A stretch of DNA of 63,723 nucleotides, filler included, from Collodictyon triciliatum (lineage: Eukaryota), in NCBI GenBank assembly GCA_043381765.1. It is 3 parts of 3 records of this genome, joined end to end, with 100 filler letters (N's around TTAATTAATTAA, not from the genome) between each part and the next. Parts side by side here need not be neighbours in the genome. Positions count along the whole stretch, not along the records: positions 1 to 27,209 come from JBHJMP010000996.1; 2 more parts are not named here. The stretch is one strand, 5' to 3'. Within the stretch, counting starts at the first letter, position 1. Each line of letters starts with the position of its first letter. Positions 1 to 11,343 of this stretch are shown piece after piece. Under the pieces are notes generated by a model. That model was not told the origin of the DNA. It made no database searches and saw only the letters and a program-made list of their open reading frames with translations. The position numbers were made by a program, and so were the translations under genes.

Positions 1-1853
1 TTTTTGTTTTTTTGTTTTTTTGTTTTTTTGTTTTTTTGTTTTTTTGTTTTTTTTGTTTTTTATTAAGGCATCGATTATTTTTCTTCGTGCTTAGATTTGT
101 GTAACTTAATCGCATAATACCAAACGCCGCCCAGGTGAAGACGGTTGGATTATGATCTATTTTAGGGGATACAAGACCCTGTTGGTTTACTTGGAGACTG
201 CTCTAGAAAAAAAAAAGGAGAAACTTCAGCAGATCTCAAATATTATGGTGGCTGTTCTTCTCGGCTCTACATAGAAGCCTGATAAGAATACCCAAAATTA
301 TATGCATAACCTGTTTGGATTCTCCATATCCCATCCGTTGCAACGCTAACTTCATTCACTTCCAGCTTGTTCGATCGTACTTTACTAGCCTTGTCGCCGT
401 CCCCAAGCAAAGTCTCACCCTGACTCATACTCTTCCGATATACTTATGGGCAACTTTTTATTCGATTTAAAGTATTTCTGCTGTGATTTTTTAAAAGTAT
501 GCTTTCATGTCCACAATCACACGCCACCTCAATTCCTCATTTTAATTCTTCATATACACATCTATCTAAACATTTACAGAGCAATCATTATTTTTTCTTC
601 TCAAAAGCAAACTATCATCCTGAATCCTTTGAACACTTCGCCCAACTTTGTTTATTTCCCATCGAGGTTGTATTCCTGTATAAATTGTGTGTTTTTTTCA
701 TGTCAGAAAATATGCAGTCTTATACATTTTAGAATCTTATTTGGACTTTTTTTTTTTTTTTACAAAAAGCACCAAAAAGTATTCAAAGCATACACCAAAT
801 ATTAATTTTGTAATTGATTCAAACGCCCTAAAAAATTTTATTTCAAAGCATTATTTCAAGAATATAGAATTATGAAAGTTTGAACGCCTTTATCTAATCA
901 CAAATGTGTATAAAAACACCTCAATATATTAATTTCACCTTTAGTATGAACTCATTTACGTAGCCTCAAATAATTCAACCTCAATCATGTTCTAAACTAA
1001 ACTGCTTACTAGGTATATCATTCGTGCATTAATTCAAAAGAAATATTTCGTAATAAGAATGAATTGATATTATGTGCAACTACATCCATATATTCTTCTG
1101 AGGGACATGAGCATAAATGTCTTTGGAAGCAACCAGCTGGTCACGACCAAAAGACCTCATCTTTCAATAGCTAACAAAATTTGTATCTAAACGAACATTT
1201 CTGCTTTATATGACTATTATGTTGTTCTAGATCTACTTGGTTAGGAAAATCGAAAGGCTGTCATGAATTTTTTAAAAGAATACTACTCTGTTCCTCCATA
1301 ATACGAAAACTCGTACTAAATTGAACTAAACCTACGAAAAATAATCAAATTTAAGCTTTGGTAACCAATATGTCTGTCTTCCTATATTATTATATTTTAG
1401 CATACTTATGTAGCCACTCTCGATTAAAATGAAGCATTCCACGATGAAGTTATCAGAATCAGGATCACATAATTTATTATTTTTCGTGAATTAAACTTAT
1501 ATATCATTTGCACCTATATTTGAATCGAAATTTGGATATTTAAAAGGGAGCACATCACCAGTCCTTCAAAATAACATATTTTATCCAAGAAATATGATAA
1601 AATTTCATCAGAGATTCTTAGAACAAAACCATACTCCTACTACCTGTTTTTTTTTCTTTTTTTTGGTTACAAAAAGTTCAGGCGTGATAGATGGAAACAA
1701 TATCAAATAAATAAATATATAAGGAACCTAAGGACGGAATCCATTCAACTTCATTATATTACAAAGTGCTATTTGCTGCGTTGTAGGGCATATGATAAAT
1801 GATTTAAAAAAGGGAGCATATTCGATATAATCTTAAGCATATTGATTAAACCT

Positions 1854-1907
<54 letters not shown>

Positions 1908-1939
1908 TTTTTACCATTTTCAATGTAAAGAAAGACAAG

Positions 1940-4900
1940 ATGTCTTCAATTAAAGTTGGTCGTGCGACCATGGGGAACCGATTTAGGACTTTCAGGTTTA
2001 TTGAATTGGCTAATTCAATATTTTTCTTTGTTTGAATATTTTGAAATAAATCATAAAAATACACCAAAATATAAATATACTCAGCTAACCTGAAATCAAA
2101 CTTTTCAATAGCTCATATCACTTAAAATCCAAGACCGTAAGATGGGTTGCAATCACCATTGTTCTTCTCATCAACAGTATCTCGCGTGTGACAACATCAG
2201 ACAGGTATTTTTTTTATCAAAAATAAAATGTGTCCTACTTTTTGGTAGCATGCTAAATGTATACATATTAATAGATGTCACTACACTAAACCTGAACTAC
2301 TAAAAATGAAAATTGAAGATGCTTTTCTGATACTTTTACAACTTTATGAAGAAACGTGTCCGTTCGATATACATAATGAGAATCACTTGAGCATGAATTC
2401 TTATAATGAACCATATCTAACCAATGGAGAGCACTCCTTCGAGTCGGATAGTAATACACATTACACCAGAGAATATGGTGGAAACCTTTTGATAAGTGCA
2501 ACACCAACGAAGGAGGCTGCGCCTATCATAGAAAACGATTCTTTCAGAAATTTTTTTGAAGGAAATAACTTTTCTGAGCAATATGATATGCTAATAACCC
2601 TCTATGATGTACTGGACGGAGACGGATGGTATAAAAATGATGGTTGGAAAAATAAGACTATTCCAATATGTGAATGGTACGGGATCAAATGTGTCGAGGG
2701 GTGTCAGGACGATGATTATTCGGTTTGTTACTTTTTTTTTGTAAAAAAAAAACGACACAATTCTCCTCTTTTAAACTAACATAAATTCCAATAGAACAAC
2801 TCTTGTGATGTAGTGGGATTCGAGCTATCTGGTAATAATCTGCATGGGAATATCAGCGAGGCATTCTTTATAATGGAAAAGTTTTACTTTTTGAAAACTA
2901 TTCACTTGCACCATAATTTCATCTTTGGCAATTTAACCGACCCTCACTTTCCAAATATACGGAGTTTGACTATTTTTCAAAATCAAGTCACTGGAACTAT
3001 TCCTGACTTTCAAGGAATGAGCAATATTGAATACTTAAGAATAGACTCTAATGATTTGGTGGGTCAAATTCCTAACTTTTCCTCAATTCCTCTCGTAAGA
3101 GATTTATATATAGGCTCGAGTGATAAGTTAACAGGTCATGATTTATCAATTTTTAAAATACCAAGCAAAATAAAGGTGTAAAATAATATTCGTACCTGTT
3201 TCATATCGCATCTATAAACTTTATCAAATCTATTGCAGGGACTTTGCCTGACTTTGATAATATATGCAATATCCAGTCTCTTTTCATATACAGTACTCAG
3301 ATATCAGGTATGATATGATAGGTCTTTTTTTATTCACAAAGTATCACGAGAAACCAAAATTTTCTGCAAAATTAGGAACTATCCCAGACTTTGAAAATAT
3401 TGATTATATTTTTGAGCTAAATATGTTCAATAATCTGTTGAATGGTATGTCAGAGACGATTGACACTTTACATCAATATTTTTGCTCTTTTTTTTTTAAA
3501 AAAAAAATACCCCGACCTTGAAAAATATTCAAAATGGATATGTTTTATCAGACACATATCATTAACCTCATTGCATCAAAATTAAAATCAAATTAATAAT
3601 TATTTTTAAAACTCACTATATGTTACATTTTACAGGAACAGTTCCAAACTTTACCAAATTATCGTCTTTTTTCTGGCTTGATTTATCAAATAACCATCTC
3701 AGAGGTAAAATTAAAGATCTTCTGCGTGCATAAACTTGATGGCCTTTGATGAATAAAAATGAAATATTTTTAGGAACAATACCACTCTTCTGCAACAACG
3801 TTGAATATCTCGAGTTTATTGATTTATCAGATAATAACCTTGAAGGTATATTAGTTTACTATGACTTATTCATCTAAACTATAAAATTTGTAAATGTCGC
3901 CAGATTTTTCTATAATACCATGATAGATTTGAACCAAAGTCCATTCCATGTATAACATAGAAATGGAATTTTGGTATTTCAATAAAAGAATTATTAACGT
4001 GTATATTTTAATCAAGGAGCTATTCCGGACTTCAGTGGCTATCCAAATATATATCATATAGATTTTTCCAGCAATAAATTAAATGGTTCAATGATATTAT
4101 TCTATGACAGTTTTTTTTTAATTTATGAACAATGTTCAAACTTTAAAATTTAGGGACAATATATGACATCAGTAGTATTTCATCCATCCAACTTCTTGAG
4201 TTGTCACACAACCTACTGACAGGCAATATTCATTGAATTTCGTTTTTACCAAAAAAAAATTTTAGATTTATAGAAGGTTTGTATTTTATTTTTTCATTTG
4301 ATTGACCCTTCAACGACATTAACACCAGGAAAAGTCCCAAATTTTAATCAAATCCCGTACATCTATTGGATTGGTCTCTCGAAAAATCTATTGACTGGTA
4401 AATCTTGTATTTTCATTACAATTTTTTATTATGCAACATTTTAATAATCTTAGGTTAAAATGATTCCAGGAACAGTTTCAGATTTTCGCGATATGCCTTC
4501 GATATTATATATTGACTTATCCGACAATACATTGACTGGTTCGTTTTGATCTTTTTCTATACATTCTGGATAAAAAAATTGGTTGAAATATAATTTTGTG
4601 AGTATAATTGCTCCTCTTTTAATCACAGGCTCAATTCAAGAATTTACCGAAATCCCAACGGTTAACCTCATTGATCTTTCCAGTAATCTGTTTACAGGTA
4701 ATCTCAACATATTACTAATCGAATTTATTTAGCTCCCCTTTCATGTTATACATCAAAATATAGGCACAGTCCCTAACTTTAAAGGTTTCGAGAACTTCAG
4801 GAGAATGGATTTATCGAACAATCTTTTAGAAGGTCTTGAATTAGGGTGTGCATGATGAAGAACCTTTTTTTTTATTTTTTTTAAAATATCTGATTGTAAA

Positions 4901-6678
4901 CACCAGGAAATGTTCCGATATTTGAAAAACTCCTCACTGTGGTTACAATTAATTTATCAAATAATAGGCTCAGTGGTAAGGTTTTCATTTCTTGAAGGAT
5001 AGTAATTTTAATCGCCCCAAAAAATTTCATAACTTCACTTTTCTTTTTCTAATATTTTTCTATGCTTAAAAAATTCATCATTCACTAAGATAATTCCTGC
5101 TTGCTCACTTGACAAATCAAAGTGTGAAAGTAGGAATAGTGCAACATCTAATATACTAATGATATTGATTTTCTAAATAAAAAATATGTTATTCAGGTAC
5201 TATTCCACCTTTCAGTGACCAAATATATCTTCAAATACTACAACTGAGTGGAAATCACCTGAGTCGTAAGTAAAATAAAAGAATTTTATTTCTTGTGTAT
5301 TTGGGTATTCGTAAATACATATCATCTTGATTTAAAACTGAATCCTGATTTTGTAGGTATATCTGAGTTTGAACTTCCATCGCTTTCTTTTTTGTCGTTG
5401 GAAAACAATATAATAACAGGTTTTTTTAATGAATATGATAAATCGGAAGATTGCATGTATTAATAAAAACATTAGGAATGCTTCCCACTTTTCAAGGATG
5501 TCCGTCTTTGATCATGATATCTGCGTCTGATAATAGATTTACGATGAGTATGACAATTTTTGGCTTTTTTGCATCACTTCATTTTTTACTCTAAATATGT
5601 CTAGTGCAGTTTAGACTGTATAAAATTGCATAAAATTTATTGTGATTTGCAAGATTTTACTGTTGTAATAATTACAATCATTCTTGATTTTTTTTCTCAT
5701 TTTATGAATTTACCACTCTTAGTGCAAGAAATATCCGCGCCGCTTTTAGAATCCCTCGATTTATCGACGAATAGTCTTTCTGGTAATACATAACTTCAAC
5801 AAATTAAATGAAACATTATGCATAATCCATCGCATGTTTTTTTTTTTTTTGGTTTACCTCGTCGAATATTCCGAGTTTATTGGTTAATCATGAATTTCTT
5901 TATGGATAGGAGCACCTCCTGACCTAAAAAATGAACTCCTCAAGGAACTTGACCTATCCTTTAATCATTTAACTGGACCACTTCCGGCCTGGAATGCCCT
6001 AAAGAAACTTGAAAAACTTGATTTGTATGGAAATGAGCGCTTGGCTGGTCCTTTACCCTCTGGAATGAATGAATATGAGGATCTAACCTATTTAATTGCT
6101 ACAAATACAAGCATGCAAATGCAAGATACATCAGGTATTCTGCCGAAGGTGCTTTTTTTCTCAGAAACATATCAAATAGACAATATTGAAGATAACTACC
6201 AATGTCCCGTCATCGAAAGTAAATATAATGTGCGCTCGATTATTGGACTCAATTCTACATATTACGGACGAATCGTGTGCCAATGCTTGCCTGGGCACTT
6301 TGGATATGGTGATAACTGCATTAAATGCCCGAAGGATTGTGATTGTCCTGACGGTATTTCTCTCAAAAATTGCTACCCTTCTCCAAATGTTAAAAAAGTG
6401 AAGTCCATAATTACATGTCCTCGTCCAGAATCATGCCAAATGGTGGTCTCGAATAGGAAGACATACGAAAATTTTACAACAGTAACAAGCAGTACTTGTC
6501 AAGAAGGATACGAAGGACGTGCTTGTTCCAAATGCGAAATTGGATATGCGATGCAAGGGAGATCGTGTGTGAAATGTGTAAAATCGATGGTGTATTCAAC
6601 AATCATTATATACTCATTAGGGTTTCTTTTATTGTTGCTTTATCTTTACACTCTGGATAACCCAAAGTCAGGTATTTT
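1940..6678 (+). CDS. LRR-containing Cys-rich membrane receptor-like protein (multi-exon, 3' end lost in N gap)
   Basis: Spliced frame from ATG 1940 (MSSIKVGRATMG...WVAITIVLLINSIS, signal-anchor-like), plant-type LRR N-cap (LYDVLDGDGWYKNDGWKNKTIPICEWYGIKC), over 20 LxxLxLSxNxLxGxxP repeats mostly on 69-72 nt exons, then Cys-rich region (CQEGYEGRACSKCEIGYAMQGRSCVKC) and a hydrophobic helix (TIIIYSLGFLLLLLYLY) just before the gap at 6679. Confidence 0.88.
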
Positions 6679-7465
6679 NNNNNNNNNNNNNNNNNNNNNN
6701 NNNNNNNNNNNNNNNNNNNNNNNNNNNNNNNNNNNNNNNNNNNNNNNNNNNNNNNNNNNNNNNNNNNNNNNNNNNNNNNNNNNNNNNNNNNNNNNNNNNN
6801 NNNNNNNNNNNNNNNNNNNNNNNNNNNNNNNNNNNNNNNNNNNNNNNNNNNNNNNNNNNNNNNNNNNNNNNNNNNNNNNNNNNNNNNNNNNNNNNNNNNN
6901 NNNNNNNNNNNNNNNNNNNNNNNNNNNNNNNNNNNNNNNNNNNNNNNNNNNNNNNNNNNNNNNNNNNNNNNNNNNNNNNNNNNNNNNNNNNNNNNNNNNN
7001 NNNNNNNNNNNNNNNNNNNNNNNNNNNNNNNNNNNNNNNNNNNNNNNNNNNNNNNNNNNNNNNNNNNNNNNNNNNNNNNNNNNNNNNNNNNNNNNNNNNN
7101 NNNNNNNNNNNNNNNNNNNNNNNNNNNNNNNNNNNNNNNNNNNNNNNNNNNNNNNNNNNNNNNNNNNNNNNNNNNNNNNNNNNNNNNNNNNNNNNNNNNN
7201 NNNNNNNNNNNNNNNNNNNNNNNNNNNNNNNNNNNNNNNNNNNNNNNNNNNNNNNNNNNNNNNNNNNNNNNNNNNNNNNNNNNNNNNNNNNNNNNNNNNN
7301 NNNNNNNNNNNNNNNNNNNNNNNNNNNNNNNNNNNNNNNNNNNNNNNNNNNNNNNNNNNNNNNNNNNNNNNNNNNNNNNNNNNNNNNNNNNNNNNNNNNN
7401 NNNNNNNNNNNNNNNNNNNTTTTTTCATCTTATTCTGATCTTTTGGACTTTGATACTTGATTTAG

Positions 7466-9128
7466 GTTTCCATTGAAACCCTGAAGGAGCGGATCAGCTC
7501 AGCTCCAGCAGTGACAAACTTTCTCCATAGACTCAAGAATGCTCCAGGAACACCAGTAAATGACAATACATTTTCAGTCCTTAATCCGTAAAGAGGGCCT
7601 ACTCTCGTTCTTGTTTATCTGGATACGTAAATCATCGAGATTCGTTTGTCTTTAATATTTTACCAATCGCTTTTTGCTCCTTTATGTATTGTTTCGTTAC
7701 CCATCAGGTTCTCGCCGAGGTAAAAAGAGCGTCCCCATCTAAAGGTGACATTGCTGTCAACATAGATGCCGCCGAGCAAGGACTGAAGGTAGATATTTAT
7801 ATATATTTCATATTTTATCCTGTATTTTTCATTTAATTTTATTCGAAAAATGGTGGGATGTTGTACCTCAACGCGCTGGTAACGAAATGCCATATTTTCA
7901 AGTATGCCCAAGCAGGAGCAGCAGCTATATCAGTTCTTACTGAGCCAACTTGGTTCAAAGGGCACTTGACTGACATGCTTGGTGTAAGGAATGGTTCGTG
8001 TTCTATTCCTATTCATTCTACCCACAATTTCGGTCAATAAATCAAACGCTTATCGGCTTTTTGGTTCGGATGATTTCTGTTTATTCATATTTCTTAACAA
8101 CACCATTACTAACTCACTATCCCCATTTCAATGGCGTCATTGGATTCTGTTTACAGCTGTGGATTTCATGTCCACCGAAAGACCAGCAGTACTAAGGAAA
8201 GACTTCATCTTGGATGAGTACCAAGTCTACGAAGCGCGTGCCTATGGAGCTGACACAATTTTGCTCATTGTCAAGATGCTTTCGGACGAGGATGTAAGAT
8301 GGGAACTAATAAAAAAAAAATTATCTCAGTATCTCCACTTTTGAATTTTATGCTGCTAATGATGCACTTTTGCACCAAAATCTTCTTTCAATAACGCGAC
8401 TCAACATATATCCAGATAATATCATTGATGAATTTATCCCGCACACTCGGAATGGAGCCATTAGTAGAGGTTTGTCTTCCTATTCATTATTACTACTATT
8501 TTCTCTCCTTACATGTAAAGAATATGCAAACTAAAATTATCGATTGGATGATGACTTCTTTTATATATGATGATATTGGGTTCTGATATACAATATTGTG
8601 TATTAATATCTAGTATTCTGTGATGATGAATTGATACAGGTTCAGAATGTTGAGGAGATGAATCGGGCTGTAGCACTTGGGTCTCGTGTCATCGGAATAA
8701 ATAACCGAAACCTTCATGACTTCAATGGTAGCATAAGCAGACCGATATGCATTCATGCATAAACCTGAAGGAATGATTAATTCTGACGTTGATTTTTCTT
8801 CTCCGATGGTGCCCTCAGTTGATCTAGGCACTTCAGAGCGCTTGGTGTCTCTTGCTCCTGAGGACCGTATTGTGGTAGCCCTAAGCGGCATCAACAGTGG
8901 CGAAGACGTTCGTCGCTTTGAATCTTGTGGCATTAAAGGAGTTCTTGTTGGAGAAGGTGGCAAAGGGCCCACTCATCCATTCCCCTTTCCCCTTTTTTTT
9001 TATTTGTATTTATCATTACCACTATCTATTTTTATTTTGAACTCACTTCTTTTCCATCTGGGACAATAGCTCTGATGAAGCACAGTAACCCCGGACATCT
9101 TATCAGCGAATTATCTGGACGTAAATGA
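7466..9128 (+). CDS. trpC: Indole-3-glycerol phosphate synthase (IGPS), multi-exon, 5' part lost in gap
   Basis: Eight exons join to give [94 protein letters not shown]. The frame ends ...SELSGRK-TGA at 9126-9128. Confidence 0.95.
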
Positions 9129-10964
9129 GCGAATCATCTCAAACCCTTGTTAAAATTTGCGGCGTCAAAGATATAGAAATGGCCTGTGTGTTTTTCATTA
9201 TTCCATTCAAAATAATACCATTGTTCATGTAGGATTCGTATTCGCTGTGACACCTTTGATTTAATCTCTATTTTTTTTCTTCCTTTTTGTGCTCTTTCTC
9301 AATCTTTCTCATCTGGCCTTTATTCTGATAACCTCAGTGGCTGTTTTGGACTCTGGCGCTGACTTTCTTGGGCTGGTATTTGCCGAAGGCTCCAAGAGGC
9401 TTGTGGACATTGCAACTGCAAAGGCGATTACGGACGCTGTCAAGTCTAGACGGAAAGGGGCTTTCGACTCTCTGCAATTTGTGGCAAAACGGAGAACTGC
9501 TCCCAAAGACGTGACAGAATGGTTTATTGAGGAATCTCTGGCACTGAGAGAGGCGGTCTCCAAGACAGGTGAATATTCTAAGCCTTCTTTTTCCTCCATT
9601 CTGTGTGCAAGATGACTTGAAGGACAGCAATTGGATTCCATTTATTAACGATGTGAATGTAACATACTGGGCATTGTAATCAGGGATGCTGGTCGTCGGT
9701 GTATTTTCTGACCAATCACACGAGTACATGAATCAGTATGCGCTGCTATAGTTATTATCGTCTATGAGATGTTTAGTTTCCCACAGTTTTCTCGAATTAT
9801 TTTACAAGGAAATAATGAAAAAGAAATGCATTCCACGAGATGCAACACCCTCACGGAAGGAATCGTTTCGTCATTTTTCTCCTTTTTTTTTTGATTTGAT
9901 GTGTGCGCCCATTATAGCCACTCTGGTACTTACTGTTGCATGGTATGATGTAGTGTGGCATCAGAGGTTGGCTTGGATATTATTCAGCTTTCGGGTGTTG
10001 AAGGCTTCCAAGTCATCAACGAGATTCCCAGGTAATTTTAGGGAAAATACACTAAGTATGGGAAAGCTACCGACCTTTCTTTATAATAACATTCGTACTA
10101 AACTGTACAATGACTTTCCATCCAGCGTATGCATCAAGGCCATTCATGTAGGCGATGACCATCAAGCAGAGAGCATAGTTGGCCAGGTATTATTTCAATA
10201 TTTGCTACTTATCACGACTCAGAACCATTGTCAGTTGGTCTCTTTTTTCTTCCTTTTTGCCTTTATATCTTGGTGAATTATTATTTTTCACCAAAGAAAA
10301 ATGCACTTTTTTAGACCTGAATATTGTTTCTTGCTTGCGGCTCCTCATTAGAACTTTCAAAAATAGGCTGTTCCAAACACTGCGTCCCTCATTCTTCTGG
10401 ACACGCTCGTAGGTTCTCATAGAGGGGGAACAGGACAGGTGAGTTAAATCTCTCCACACTACCTTATTCACATGTCTAAAATCGCACAGTTCCGCTGCAA
10501 TTACTCCGCACCAATTCTCATGCTGAACATTGTGTGCCATGACAGACTTTTGACTGGGACATCGCCGCTCAGATTCAGGCCTCTGTGCCGGTCATGTTGG
10601 CTGGCGGATTGAATCCTGGAAACGTGTCACAAGCCGTCTCCAAGTAAAGTCTCATCCATTTTCCAGACCTTTGGCTCATATAATTTTCATTAACATTCAC
10701 CATTGTTTTTGTTTTTTCATTAAGGAAGGAGAAGGAGTAGTTCATACATATACGAACATTTATACACGAAAAAAAAGCCTTAAAAAAATGATAGAAATAA
10801 AATGTCATAAACTTTCCATCTGATGACTTTCTCGTGCTGTATGTGTTCGTCGCAGGGTGAAGCCGTGGGCAGTGGATGTCAGCAGCGGAGTAGAAACAAA
10901 CGGTGCGAAGGATATCGAAAAAATCCGCCAGTTTGTCTCTGCCGCGAAGCAAACAAATGCTTGA
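9125..10964 (+). CDS. trpF: Phosphoribosylanthranilate isomerase (PRAI), 8 exons
   Basis: ATG 9125 [106 protein letters not shown] 10962-10964. Carries the ~40-aa insertion typical of fungal-type fused TRP1 PRAI domains. Confidence 0.93.
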
Positions 10965-11343
10965 GAAGTTCGCATCGCTTTCTAGACAATATGTTCACCT
11001 CCGCACCCCCTTCCCTTTTGCTCATTTCCGGCGCCATATCCGAATGAAAAAAGGGAATGGAAGAGAGGAATAAATAAAACGCCGCAAGAAGGACGAAGTG
11101 GTATCGAAAGAAAAGAGAGGCCATAATACCTCATATTCTTTCCACAATATAATATTATGACGTAGTTTTTGCAGACACATCGATTGGGTTGTGCGGGGAT
11201 TCTGTTAATCTCGTCCATGGTGCTGTCTATCTTTCATGTAAAGACGTATCTTCTGGCACATGTTTGTTTTATGAAATAACTGGATAGGTGCCTTCTGCCA
11301 CAGCACTTGTGTTTGGAGCGGCAAACACGCGATATCTTTCTCT

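Noticed and set aside
120-460. Possible minus-strand exons (MSQGETLLGDGDKASK...)
   Set aside because: The spliced product would be very short, with no recognisable homology.
9121-9170. A small GT-AG intron that would fuse trpC and trpF
   Set aside because: gtaaatgag is only 9 nt and does not change frame. The next AG (9169-9170) would delete the catalytic VKICG motif.
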